A stretch of 28,101 bases of DNA, from the NCBI GenBank assembly GCA_965369655.1, contig CBDUQR010000036.1:1-28101 (forward strand). The letters are read 5' to 3'. Origin of the DNA: an uncultured bacterium. GTDB taxonomy: Bacteria > Zixibacteria > MSB-5A5 > JAABVY01 > JAHJOQ01. Of this stretch, positions 7,958 to 17,161 are shown piece by piece. Each line of letters starts with the position of its first letter. Within the stretch, counting starts at the first letter, position 1. A model generated the notes under the pieces. It saw only the letters and a program-made list of their open reading frames with translations, was not told where the DNA came from and did not search any database. The translations under genes and the position numbers were made by a program.

Positions 7958-9859
7958 TCAGTGACCGATTTTCCGGTCAAGCATTATTCTGACCGCTGCA
8001 ATATCCGTCTTTTCCAGTACCGTGAGATTAGGTCGACTTTCTGCCAATTCGATATATGTCGCAGCCAGATCATACATTCCAAAATCGACTGCGAATGCGG
8101 CGGCGTCGATTATCAGCCACACGATATGAGGCTTGTCCGTGATCATACTCTGATGGAAACCCATTACAGCGTTGGGACTTTCCTGCAGATAAATGGATAC
8201 CTGATGGTAGTATTTGCTTAGTCTGTCATCAGGCATTCTCACCGCCACACTGTCGGCTAAAACAGTGAACCTGTCGAGCATATCAAGCCGTATGAAAAGA
8301 CGCATGATATCGGTTGTAAATTTGCCCATTGACCAGTATTGCCTCCCGGCACCCAGCGCGATGGCTGCCTCTTCGAACTTGCCGACGAAATAAGCCGATC
8401 TGGCGTACAGAACCCGCGACAGGACATCATTCGGATCGGCAGAGAGCCGAATCGGAAATGCTCGATCACACTCGGCATAGTCGTAGAACGGATCGTTCAG
8501 AAGATGAAAACACCAGGCCTTGATCAGAAACCCATCGTAATAACCGGATGAGTAATGTATGTCGCGAGTTATTGCCTTCTTGAGCAGGTCCTTCGATTTC
8601 ATCTCATCGGTGTTCGACACTATCCAAGGCAGCGAGTGACCAACAATAACTGCACATGCTATCGCAAGAAGAGAAAATTTCCAGTTGCGTCTCTTGAAAA
8701 CCATCGACGATACAGCAACAGACAGAAAGGCGAGAGGAACGCCAAATAACGCCATGAGATCCCAGTCACGAACAGCGCCGAGAACAGGATCGACAAACAC
8801 CACAATCCCGAATGCTCCTGCAGTGGATAATGAAAGAAAGCGTATGCCCGGTCGGCGAAAGAGCGATCTCCCACCGGGAAATATGAGTATCACGGTTGTC
8901 AAAATGAGGGGCAGGGGCGCCACCATGAGGAGAACGTTGACAATGTCGCCGAGATGCTTCGATGAAAAAAGAGAATACGGATTCTGCGCGGTCCCGGTCA
9001 GCGGCACGAATACTTTTTCCCCCTCGAAATTCAAGTAATACAGGACAGCCAGTGTGGCTGCCGCAACCACTATCGCTACGGTCATTACCCTGAGCGATGG
9101 CCTGCTATCCACAGTGCTTCTATGCCAGAGGAGATACAGGAGGCCCGGCAGGAGAAACCAGGCTGACATGTGAAAGAGACCTGCGGCGACAAAGAGTACA
9201 ACCACCCAGAGAATGCTCGTCCGTCCGGAAAAACATCTGTGCCCCAGCACGAGGAAAACCGCTACGAGAAGGGTCATCACGGCATAGCTTTCTATATAGC
9301 CGAAAAAGAACTGCATCTGTGCAATGCCAAAGACGACCATCATCGAGGACAGCTTCCCAATCCTGTCCGTAGAAAGCTGACTCGCAAAGAACCATATCGT
9401 GACAATGAACAGGAGTCCGGTCAGGATGCTTATCAATATGTACGAACCTTCAGGACTGCCGATAAGTCTGGAGACAAGCCAGTGCAGAGCAAGATCGACA
9501 TACTCAGTCGGCCAGAACTCAAGCGGCCTCGTCATCATCTCTACTCTCTTGTAACCATCACCCAACAGCAAATTTCGAGAGCGAAGGAAATAGAACAGCC
9601 CACCCATTGCTGTCAGAATGCTCACAACTACGGCGTATCGAGCATACTTGTTTGGTTTCCATTCGAGAATTCTGTAGGCTCGGCTGACCGCCACCGACGG
9701 CAGCCATACCAGCAGCATCGCTACCACGACAATCATGACAACAACCGGTAGGGAGAAAGCTGCAAGGTGGTGTATTCCCCACAGATCGATCAGACCGAAT
9801 CCTGCGGCAAGTTCCAGAATCAGGAAGAGAGAAGCTGATATACGCAGGAAAACGAACAT
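7958..9859 (-). CDS. Polytopic membrane protein, GT-C glycosyltransferase-like, with a C-terminal helical (TPR-like) domain
   Basis: About 12-13 hydrophobic segments; acidic loop motifs LLGDG, FFGYIESY, DPVLGAVRDWDL; helical repeat-like C-terminus (DPNDVLSRVLYARSAYFVGKFEEAA). The function is inferred. Confidence 0.6.
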   Translation of the reverse strand: MFVFLRISASLFLILELAAGFGLIDLWGIHHLAAFSLPVVVMIVVVAMLLVWLPSVAVSRAYRILEWKPNKYARYAVVVSILTAMGGLFYFLRSRNLLLGDGYKRVEMMTRPLEFWPTEYVDLALHWLVSRLIGSPEGSYILISILTGLLFIVTIWFFASQLSTDRIGKLSSMMVVFGIAQMQFFFGYIESYAVMTLLVAVFLVLGHRCFSGRTSILWVVVLFVAAGLFHMSAWFLLPGLLYLLWHRSTVDSRPSLRVMTVAIVVAAATLAVLYYLNFEGEKVFVPLTGTAQNPYSLFSSKHLGDIVNVLLMVAPLPLILTTVILIFPGGRSLFRRPGIRFLSLSTAGAFGIVVFVDPVLGAVRDWDLMALFGVPLAFLSVAVSSMVFKRRNWKFSLLAIACAVIVGHSLPWIVSNTDEMKSKDLLKKAITRDIHYSSGYYDGFLIKAWCFHLLNDPFYDYAECDRAFPIRLSADPNDVLSRVLYARSAYFVGKFEEAAIALGAGRQYWSMGKFTTDIMRLFIRLDMLDRFTVLADSVAVRMPDDRLSKYYHQVSIYLQESPNAVMGFHQSMITDKPHIVWLIIDAAAFAVDFGMYDLAATYIELAESRPNLTVLEKTDIAAVRIMLDRKIGH

Positions 9860-9897
9860 GTATTGTCAAATCCCGGTATTAGTGTTTTGTATTGTGG

Positions 9898-9926
9898 AAG
9901 ATAATCCCACTGACGAAATTGTTCAA
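9898..9926 (-). promoter_or_regulatory. Possible sigma70-type promoter
   Basis: TTGAAC-N17-TATCTT on the minus strand upstream of ATG 9859. Confidence 0.45.
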
Positions 9927-10004
9927 GGCTCATCTTCTTGAGACATGGTGTGCATCAGAACGAGTCCGACAGGCAATCGGAGAAGCCTGTGACTTAATAT
10001 AGAT

Positions 10005-10035
10005 TACCGCCGGAGTCATGTGACTCGCGGCGGTA
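10005..10035 (-). terminator. Strong hairpin downstream of ppdK (probable terminator or 3' stabiliser)
   Basis: TACCGCCG-GAGTCA-TG-TGACTC-G-CGGCGGTA inverted repeat (14 bp, one bulge); the U-tract is weak. Confidence 0.6.
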
Positions 10036-10062
10036 TTGTTTGACTAAAGAAGAACTGGCAGG

Positions 10063-12978
10063 CTATTTTTTCCCGGCTGTCTTCTTTGCGGCCTTCTTGC
10101 CTGAACCCCCGGTCGGCTTTGTGGACTTCTTCGCCGCAGGCTTCCTGGTCGCTTTCCCAGCGGCAGCTTTCTTCGCAGCGGTCTTTTTCTTAGCCGCAGT
10201 TTCTTTCGCTGTCGTTTTCTTGACGATCGGTTTCGGCTTGCCGCCTTCCCTGATTACAGCCTGCCCAGCGGCGAGCCTCGCAATCGGCACGCGGTAAGGC
10301 GAACAAGAGACATAGTCGAGGCCGATTCTGTGGCAGAATTCCACCGATGCAGGGTCGCCTCCATGCTCACCGCAGATACCGACCTTCAGATCCTCGCGAG
10401 TGGCTCTTCCCTTTTCGAGACCCATTTTCACGAGCTGGCCTACGCCGGTCTGGTCCAGTTTGACAAACGGATCCTGCGGCAGGATGCCTTTCTCGATGTA
10501 ATACTTCAGGAACTTGCCTGCGTCGTCCCTCGAAAATCCCATAGCCATTTGCGTGAGATCATTGGTACCGAATGAGAAGAACTCCGCCTCGGTGGCGATT
10601 TCGTCAGCCGTAAGACACGCGCGAGGAATCTCAATCATAGTACCTATCTTGTAATCGACTTTCGTCCTGTATTGACGAAGGACCTCCTCGGCAATCCGAA
10701 CCGCAACCTCGCGCTGATTCTTAAGCTCATTGACATGCCCGACCAGCGGGATCATAATCTCCGGATATACTTTCTTGCCCTGCTTCGAGAGTTCGCATGC
10801 AGCCGACATGATCGCTCTGACCTGCATTTCGGTTATCTCCGGATAAGTAATTCCCAGCCGGCAACCGCGATGCCCGAGCATCGGATTCTGCTCTTTGAGA
10901 TCCTCGATACGCTTGATTATCTGCTGCTGCTTGCGAATCTCTTCCTTGTCGGCGTTGTTTTCCTTGAGTTCGCTGATTTTCTGTTCGACTTCTTCCACTC
11001 TCGGCAGGAACTCATGCAGCGGCGGATCGAGCGTGCGGATCGTCACAGGCAGTCCCACCATTGCGTTGAATATGCCTTTGAAATCGGCCTTCTGGAACGG
11101 CAACAGCTGATCGAGAGCGACCTGCCTGTCCGCCTGGGTTTCGGCGAGAATCATCTGCTGAACTATCGGCAGCCGGTCTTCCGCGAAGAACATATGCTCG
11201 GTGCGGCATAAGCCGATGCCCTCTGCGCCGAATCTCTTGGCTGTCGCTGAATCGGTGGGAGTGTCGGCATTGGTCCTTACGCCGAGCCTGCGGTAGGAGT
11301 CGGCCCATTCCATGAATTCACCGAATTCTCCGGAAAGCTCAGGTTCGATAGTCTTGACATCGCCCTTTATCACTTCACCGGTCGAACCGTTCAGCGTGAT
11401 GATGTCGCCCTCTTTGTACACATCGGTCCCGATCGCAAACTGGCGTTTGCTTTCATAGACGCGCACATCTTCGCACCCCGCGACACAGCTTCTGCCCATA
11501 CCTCGTGCAACGACTGCGGCGTGGGACGTCATACCGCCTCGCGATGTCAGTATCCCCGCAGCCGCGGCCATTCCATGTATGTCGTCCGGATTGGTCTCGG
11601 TTCTGACGAGTATCACCTTAATGCCCTCGTCCGCCTTCTCAACAGCCTGGTCGGCGGTGAAAACCACCTTGCCGGAAGCCGCACCCGGCGACGCCGCCAG
11701 TCCGCGGGCTATCACGTTGTACTTGGCCGTTGGACTGATGCGAGGATGCAATAGCTGCTCAAGATCATCAGGCTTGATTCGCATCAGAGCCTCTTCCCTC
11801 GTTATCAGCTTCTCCCTGACCATATCGACTGCGATCTTAACCGCTGCGGGAGTAGTCCTCTTTCCTGAGCGCGTCTGGAGCATGTAGAGGGTGCCGTCCT
11901 GGATTGTAAATTCGAAATCCTGCACATCCCTGTAATGCTTCTCGAGCTTGCTTGTGATCTTACGAAGCTGGTTGTAGATCTTCGGCATCACGTCATTGAG
12001 CTTGTTGATCGGCTCCGGCGTCCTGATCCCCGCGACAACATCCTCGCCCTGTGCGTTGATCAGATACTCGCCATAGAATTCCTTCTCGCCAGTCGACGGA
12101 TTCCGGGTAAATCCGACTCCGGTGCCGGAGTTATCGCCCAAGTTGCCAAAGACCATCGTTTGGACGTTTACCGCCGTGCCAGTATCACCGGTGATATCGT
12201 TAAGCCTCCGGTAGTGGATAGCTCTCGGGTTATTCAATGAGCGAAAGACAGCATCTCTCGACATCGCAAGCTGAACAAAGGGATCATCAGGAAACGGTTC
12301 GCCGGAACGTCTTTTCACTATTGATTTGAACTTTTTGACAATATCCCTGAAATCATCCGCTGAGAGCGATGAATCCTTGCGGATCTGGCGCTCGCGCTTC
12401 TTTCTCGTAATAATGTTCTCGAAAATATCTTTGTCGATCCCAAGCACCACGTTTCCGAACATCTGGATAAACCGTCTGTAGATATCGTAAGCGAAACGCT
12501 CGTTGCCGGTTTTTGCCACCATCCCCTCAAGAGTCTCCTGGTTGAGGCCAAGATTGAGAACAGTGTCCATCATGCCCGGCATAGAAAATGGAGAGCCGGA
12601 TCTCACCGAAACCAGCAGTGGATTATCCGCACCACCAAACCTGGTTTTTGTCAATTTCTCTAATTTCTGAATGCCAGCCCTTATCTCGTCGTCCAGTCCC
12701 GGTGGAGCCGCCATGTCATTGGCATAAAACAGCTTACATGCTTCACAGGTAATGGTGAAGCCGGGGGGGACAGGAATTCCTGTGTTGGTCATTTCGGCCA
12801 ATCCTGCTCCCTTGCCACCGAGCAATTCTTTTTGATCGCCACTCCCCTCAGCTTTCCTGGCGCCAAAAAAATAGACCATCTTGGGCAATTCAGCCTTCTT
12901 CTTATCAGGTGCGATTTTCGATTTGCCCTTCTGGGCAGCCTGTTTCTTAGTCGATTTCGTAGTGGTCTTAATGGACAT
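10063..12978 (-). CDS. ppdK: Pyruvate, phosphate dikinase
   Basis: LLGGKGAGLAEM, LLVSVRSG, GEDVVAGIRTP, phospho-His GGMTSHAAVVARG, GIGLCRTEHMFF, FSFGTNDLTQ, GICGEHGGDP; GGAGG RBS. Confidence 0.98.
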   Translation of the reverse strand: MSIKTTTKSTKKQAAQKGKSKIAPDKKKAELPKMVYFFGARKAEGSGDQKELLGGKGAGLAEMTNTGIPVPPGFTITCEACKLFYANDMAAPPGLDDEIRAGIQKLEKLTKTRFGGADNPLLVSVRSGSPFSMPGMMDTVLNLGLNQETLEGMVAKTGNERFAYDIYRRFIQMFGNVVLGIDKDIFENIITRKKRERQIRKDSSLSADDFRDIVKKFKSIVKRRSGEPFPDDPFVQLAMSRDAVFRSLNNPRAIHYRRLNDITGDTGTAVNVQTMVFGNLGDNSGTGVGFTRNPSTGEKEFYGEYLINAQGEDVVAGIRTPEPINKLNDVMPKIYNQLRKITSKLEKHYRDVQDFEFTIQDGTLYMLQTRSGKRTTPAAVKIAVDMVREKLITREEALMRIKPDDLEQLLHPRISPTAKYNVIARGLAASPGAASGKVVFTADQAVEKADEGIKVILVRTETNPDDIHGMAAAAGILTSRGGMTSHAAVVARGMGRSCVAGCEDVRVYESKRQFAIGTDVYKEGDIITLNGSTGEVIKGDVKTIEPELSGEFGEFMEWADSYRRLGVRTNADTPTDSATAKRFGAEGIGLCRTEHMFFAEDRLPIVQQMILAETQADRQVALDQLLPFQKADFKGIFNAMVGLPVTIRTLDPPLHEFLPRVEEVEQKISELKENNADKEEIRKQQQIIKRIEDLKEQNPMLGHRGCRLGITYPEITEMQVRAIMSAACELSKQGKKVYPEIMIPLVGHVNELKNQREVAVRIAEEVLRQYRTKVDYKIGTMIEIPRACLTADEIATEAEFFSFGTNDLTQMAMGFSRDDAGKFLKYYIEKGILPQDPFVKLDQTGVGQLVKMGLEKGRATREDLKVGICGEHGGDPASVEFCHRIGLDYVSCSPYRVPIARLAAGQAVIREGGKPKPIVKKTTAKETAAKKKTAAKKAAAGKATRKPAAKKSTKPTGGSGKKAAKKTAGKK

Positions 12979-13028
12979 ATTATCGAGCCTCCATGCAGGG
13001 TATCATCGGATCCGATTTGTTTGTCGAG

Positions 13029-13057
13029 AAGTTACAGGTGTTTATAGACTAAGGCAA
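13029..13057 (-). promoter_or_regulatory. Sigma70-type promoter for ppdK
   Basis: TTGCCT-N17-TAACTT on the minus strand; the same -10 hexamer occurs in the promoter at 24335-24363. Confidence 0.55.
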
Positions 13058-13167
13058 GCATTTTTTGGGTATACTACACCCCTCCGGTTCCGGGTAAGGT
13101 TCCGAGCAAAAGAATTCGATCAGGAAGAAGTTGCAAACTGGGCGCCTTCTTACACAGCCACAACACG

Positions 13168-13482
13168 CTACATCGTGAAGTAGCGTTTTCCCGATACGAT
13201 CTTTTCCAGCATTTTGAGAGTCTTCTCGACCGGCGCATGCATCAGGTCACGTGTGTTGTACGTGCCCTTGATATCATCCCGGATGTACTCGACTCCGTTC
13301 GCACCCTTAGGCCGCTGCTTCTTCTTGTGCGTGAGGTTGTAAAGCCTCTGGTACTCCTTGGCCTTCTCTTTGTGCGCCAGGTAGTACCGTCTCTGATACT
13401 CCCTCCTGGCTTCCCTGGCCTCTTCAGGAGTCATGGCTTTTTCTTTGCAGCGCTTGGGCTTAGAGATTTGAATCTTCCCCAT
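13168..13482 (-). CDS. Small basic hypothetical protein with a tandem 14-aa repeat
   Basis: 104 aa, K/R-rich; REYQRRYYLAHKEK / KEYQRLYNLTHKKK; purine-rich RBS region (AAGGACAGGTGGC-ATG) and its own promoter. Confidence 0.8.
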   Translation of the reverse strand: MGKIQISKPKRCKEKAMTPEEAREARREYQRRYYLAHKEKAKEYQRLYNLTHKKKQRPKGANGVEYIRDDIKGTYNTRDLMHAPVEKTLKMLEKIVSGKRYFTM

Positions 13483-13583
13483 GCCACCTGTCCTTGGTTT
13501 GGCTCTGACGAATCAAGTGCTAACCGCAATTACCTCAGAAAATTACGATGTATTAATGCCTGGACTAACTCCATTGCTTAACT

Positions 13584-13612
13584 AATGTAACATTAAAGAG
13601 TTACCTTGTCAA
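13584..13612 (-). promoter_or_regulatory. Strong sigma70 promoter with an overlapping palindromic operator candidate
   Basis: TTGACA-N17-TACATT with an extended TG; the palindrome TAATGT-A-ACATTA at 13583-13595 covers the -10. Confidence 0.75.
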
Positions 13613-13746
13613 CAGAATTCTGCAATGCAGTTCATCTTTTTTGCAAGAAAACGGCGGGACCGAACTAACTGTCATGCAGTATATTATGGGTGAAACACCC
13701 GGCCCTTCACCGCACAGCCGGCCCTATCCCTCTATCATTTCATACG

Positions 13747-14388
13747 CTAACTCACATAATCTGACAGCATGTTCACCCACTCCTGCAACGATGCTATCCG
13801 CTGAACAAACAGTGAAATACGAGCCATGACCGTATAGCCAAAACTGGCGCCGAATCCTATCATCAGGATATAGATACCAACCTTGGCAAAGCCTCCAAAT
13901 GCACCCTTGTGCTCTTTGGAGAAAAAGAAATAAATCAACGCTGCTAATACGCCCAGCACTATGATGATGTTCCAGAATTCAGTTCCGGAGCCGACGCCAA
14001 GCGTCAGGTCTAGAGTCGATGTCAGTTGTCTGTTCACGTTGTTATACATATACAGTGGTAAGGCAACGCCCGAGCCGATCCCGATATAGCATGCAATCGG
14101 GTAACGCGACACCCACGCTAATTTCTTTGAGAATCTGAACCACATTGACAGACCCAGCAAGCCTGGAATGATATATGCGTAGTTGCCGTCGAATATCCTG
14201 TTGAAGAGTGTCGGGATCAGGCTGGTGTGAATCAGCAGGACAAAGAAATACCCAGCCGACACGCCAACCACCAGATGCTCTGCAAACTTATAAAACGGAT
14301 TGTCCTTATACAGAAACGAGAAGGTCGCAAGCGTAAGGATCGCACCGAGCGTTGTCCAGAGCAATTCAATAAATGGAGTATCCTGCAT
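13747..14388 (-). CDS. Module 3 subunit D: 6-TM 'LYKDNP' membrane protein
   Basis: SFLYKDNPFYKFAEH, YFFFSKEHKG and FGASFGYTVMAR are shared with D1/D2; GGAGG RBS. Confidence 0.88.
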   Translation of the reverse strand: MQDTPFIELLWTTLGAILTLATFSFLYKDNPFYKFAEHLVVGVSAGYFFVLLIHTSLIPTLFNRIFDGNYAYIIPGLLGLSMWFRFSKKLAWVSRYPIACYIGIGSGVALPLYMYNNVNRQLTSTLDLTLGVGSGTEFWNIIIVLGVLAALIYFFFSKEHKGAFGGFAKVGIYILMIGFGASFGYTVMARISLFVQRIASLQEWVNMLSDYVS

Positions 14389-14401
14389 CTGTCACAACCT
14401 C

Positions 14402-15253
14402 CTACAAGTCCGTTTGCGTTTTTCTGCGGCTCAGGTAGTAGCCGATGTTTCCGATCAATATGAACAGGATGATAGTCAGATGCGCCGCCACCTGTGCCGG
14501 CATACCGGCTGTAGCATCGTGCTCCTCACCCACCAGCTTTTCATATTCCGCAGCGCCTTTCCATCCTCCTATAAGACCGAATATGGCGTTGCCGAGATAC
14601 GGGTAGAAGTCAGAAGCCATAACGCCCGTGACACCGAGCGCCAGAGGCATGTCGTATTTGGCGTTGCCATAGACTATCCACCAGTCACCTGTTGTGCCTG
14701 ATGTGAGCACGAGTACGCATTTGACATCGTCGTAGTTTCTGACTCGATCCATTATTGGTAATGAGTCCAACGGATTGTTGTAATAATCCTCCGGGAAGTA
14801 GATCCTGAAATTCTGCCCCATGCCGAGAATAACGAGCGCCGGATATGGTCGATAGCCGAGGAAGCAATAATCCTCGCCATATTTCTTCTCGATGCCATAC
14901 AGTTCCCTCGATTCCTCCACACCATTCCTGAGAAGCTCTTCAACCATAGTCGAACCATACTGCGACAGCGTCACTCCCAGGACCTTGACATCGGTTCTGA
15001 AAGCATGCAGCAGGATTGCGCGCGCCATCGGGTGCAACTCTGCGAGCGAATTCGGATCGTAGTCGAAACTGATGAGGATCTTATCTCCCGGATCGAGATC
15101 CTCAATAAACTGATAGATCGACTCGACCTCGCTGGTGACCGTTACCGGGACACTGAAATCATTCCTGAAGAGATAAGCGAATGTCACCACGACAGCCAGG
15201 AAAAGGTAGACCCAGCGGCGATCGAGCATCGTCATTTTCTCGAATACATTCAT
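14402..15253 (-). CDS. Module 3 subunit C: membrane-anchored 'FDYDP' protein
   Basis: Start moved to ATG 15253 (GGAGG RBS); DRRW + TM, SFDYDP, GGWKGAAEYE, Q-x-x-AH + TM; paralogous to C1/C2. Confidence 0.88.
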   Translation of the reverse strand: MNVFEKMTMLDRRWVYLFLAVVVTFAYLFRNDFSVPVTVTSEVESIYQFIEDLDPGDKILISFDYDPNSLAELHPMARAILLHAFRTDVKVLGVTLSQYGSTMVEELLRNGVEESRELYGIEKKYGEDYCFLGYRPYPALVILGMGQNFRIYFPEDYYNNPLDSLPIMDRVRNYDDVKCVLVLTSGTTGDWWIVYGNAKYDMPLALGVTGVMASDFYPYLGNAIFGLIGGWKGAAEYEKLVGEEHDATAGMPAQVAAHLTIILFILIGNIGYYLSRRKTQTDL

Positions 15254-15263
15254 TGTCGCCTCC

Positions 15264-15887
15264 TCAGTCTTTCCCGAGGTACGAGCGCTCAATGCCGAGC
15301 AGTACCTTCAGTGATGTTGCAACTATGCCAAGCCCGATGCCGATAATGATAGCGCGCTTTGCAGCGAGATTCGGAACTTTCAGTACCCAACTCGCAAGGT
15401 CGGATATCGGCTCAGACAGCGGTCCCATCGGCATGAACCTTACCATGATAATAAAAGCAGCCAGGAGCAGCACTGATGCGAGAAGCGATCGCGCCCTGAA
15501 CGCTCTGAATGCCGCCGAAGCGATAAAGAACGCCAGCAAAGCAAACATCGTCGCCTGAATCGGCACCATTATGTATGAAAAGAAATGTATGTACCAGTAG
15601 TTTGTCAGAAATCCGCCATCCGGAAAAAACCCGACTATCATCATGAAGAACAGGCCTGCAATAGTAATTACAGCGTATTGCCAGTTCTCGGATTTTCGCT
15701 TGATCTTATCGACATTGACACGAAGGAGCGACCATAGTCCGAGTATAAGCGCGAATATCCCGATAATGATAGTCCAGTCGAGCGCATACTCGTAGATCAT
15801 ATCCGAAGTGTCGTTCGGAACGAAATACTGGAATACCATGAAAAGTCCCAAAATAAATACTAACTTCAGAGGAAGCCATTGTTTCAT
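15264..15887 (-). CDS. Module 3 subunit B: 6-TM membrane protein
   Basis: MFALLAFFIASAAFRAFRAR, PNLAAKRAIIIGI, LGIERSYLG; GGAGG RBS. Confidence 0.88.
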   Translation of the reverse strand: MKQWLPLKLVFILGLFMVFQYFVPNDTSDMIYEYALDWTIIIGIFALILGLWSLLRVNVDKIKRKSENWQYAVITIAGLFFMMIVGFFPDGGFLTNYWYIHFFSYIMVPIQATMFALLAFFIASAAFRAFRARSLLASVLLLAAFIIMVRFMPMGPLSEPISDLASWVLKVPNLAAKRAIIIGIGLGIVATSLKVLLGIERSYLGKD

Positions 15888-15901
15888 CTGTACATCCTCC
15901 T

Positions 15902-17131
15902 TTACAGCTTAACCCTGAGCATTTCGATCAATACATCCCAGCCCAGAACCGAAGTGATGGCTCCGATCACAAGCAGAACCATGACTATCGCCTTCGCCCA
16001 GTCCTCAGCCTTCAGAGAACCGAGCAAGACCGGCTCTTTGCCGAGATAGGCGGATGCAGCGTACAATTCCTCACCGATCAGAGTGTAATCGCATGCAACC
16101 ACAAAGAATGGAATCTGCGCGACCTGATCGGTCCCGGAAATCTGGATGGCGCCTGTGGACGCTCCAGTCTCCGCGAGAATCAGAGATTCGGCATGGAAGA
16201 CGCCGAGATAGAAATTCGTCGCAGGCTGTTCCCGCACCATGATGCCGTTGACACCGGCGACGTACGCGAACTGCGAATTGGTAATGAAAAAGACCATGTC
16301 TTCGTCATAGTGGTCGGGCTTGCCCGCTTCCATATAGGCGGCCTTAACCACCTCCTGCGCGACCGTCATCACGATAGCCTCGTAACATGGCACAATAAGT
16401 TTGGTCTGATACTCAGCGACCTTCTTCGCTACCCTGCTGAGAATGGTAAACGAAGCTATCGTCGCAATATCGGATGCGGCGCCGAGCCCAAGCACATAAA
16501 GAATCGGCTTGCCCATCTCGGTCGCTCTTCCGATCGCCTCGTCGACCGCCTGAATACCAGCGATCGGGCGAACGTAAAGATCCTTGCCCCTCTTCGCCGC
16601 CACAATGAAATAGATAGTGAAGGCAGTGAAAAGCAGAACCGCTACAAGGACCGGAATCTTGCCGAGATGGAGCCACTGGGCTTTAGCCCGATACGGACCC
16701 GCAATATCAGACATCGTAGTGAGTCCTTCTGTCCCAACGGCGACTACTTTGTAGAAGAAGTCTGTATTGTTCGGGAAGTAATCAAGCTCGTCCTCATCTC
16801 GATTACCGCGATCCGAATACTCGAAGACATCGTTCGGCAGTTTACCACGAAGCACGTACTCACCATCGGGATATTCGGCACGGTAGACCTCAAAACCTGA
16901 AATCGCGCTGACGTCGCCATCCGGCACCTCGAATTTCAATCCAAGCGCATGGCCGTTGTCGTTCGGCAGGTCTTTCCCGGACAGGACTACCGGTTTCGGT
17001 GGTGGATCAACCAGCACCTCCTCGAGCAGCGTGTCGGCAGCGATTTCTTCAATCTGAGCGAAGACAGGCGAAGAAAGCGCGAAGAGCACAGCAACCGCCA
17101 GATACATTATCAGTTTCAGCCTGTGTTTCAT
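15902..17131 (-). CDS. Module 3 subunit A: signal peptide + FN3-like domain + DUF6754-like domain
   Basis: IAGIQAVDEAIGRATEMG, AESLILAETG, PFFVVACDYTLIGEELYAASAYL; N-terminal DLPNDNG...GFEVYR...YKVVA beta-sandwich. ATG 17131 preferred over GTG 17137. Confidence 0.88.
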   Translation of the reverse strand: MKHRLKLIMYLAVAVLFALSSPVFAQIEEIAADTLLEEVLVDPPPKPVVLSGKDLPNDNGHALGLKFEVPDGDVSAISGFEVYRAEYPDGEYVLRGKLPNDVFEYSDRGNRDEDELDYFPNNTDFFYKVVAVGTEGLTTMSDIAGPYRAKAQWLHLGKIPVLVAVLLFTAFTIYFIVAAKRGKDLYVRPIAGIQAVDEAIGRATEMGKPILYVLGLGAASDIATIASFTILSRVAKKVAEYQTKLIVPCYEAIVMTVAQEVVKAAYMEAGKPDHYDEDMVFFITNSQFAYVAGVNGIMVREQPATNFYLGVFHAESLILAETGASTGAIQISGTDQVAQIPFFVVACDYTLIGEELYAASAYLGKEPVLLGSLKAEDWAKAIVMVLLVIGAITSVLGWDVLIEMLRVKL

Positions 17132-17161
17132 AGACACCTTCTTTATGAGAAGTACTATTTA

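Noticed and set aside
13688-13700. GGGTG-AAA-CACCC hairpin after module 3 as a terminator
   Set aside because: The stem is only 5 bp and lacks a U-tract.
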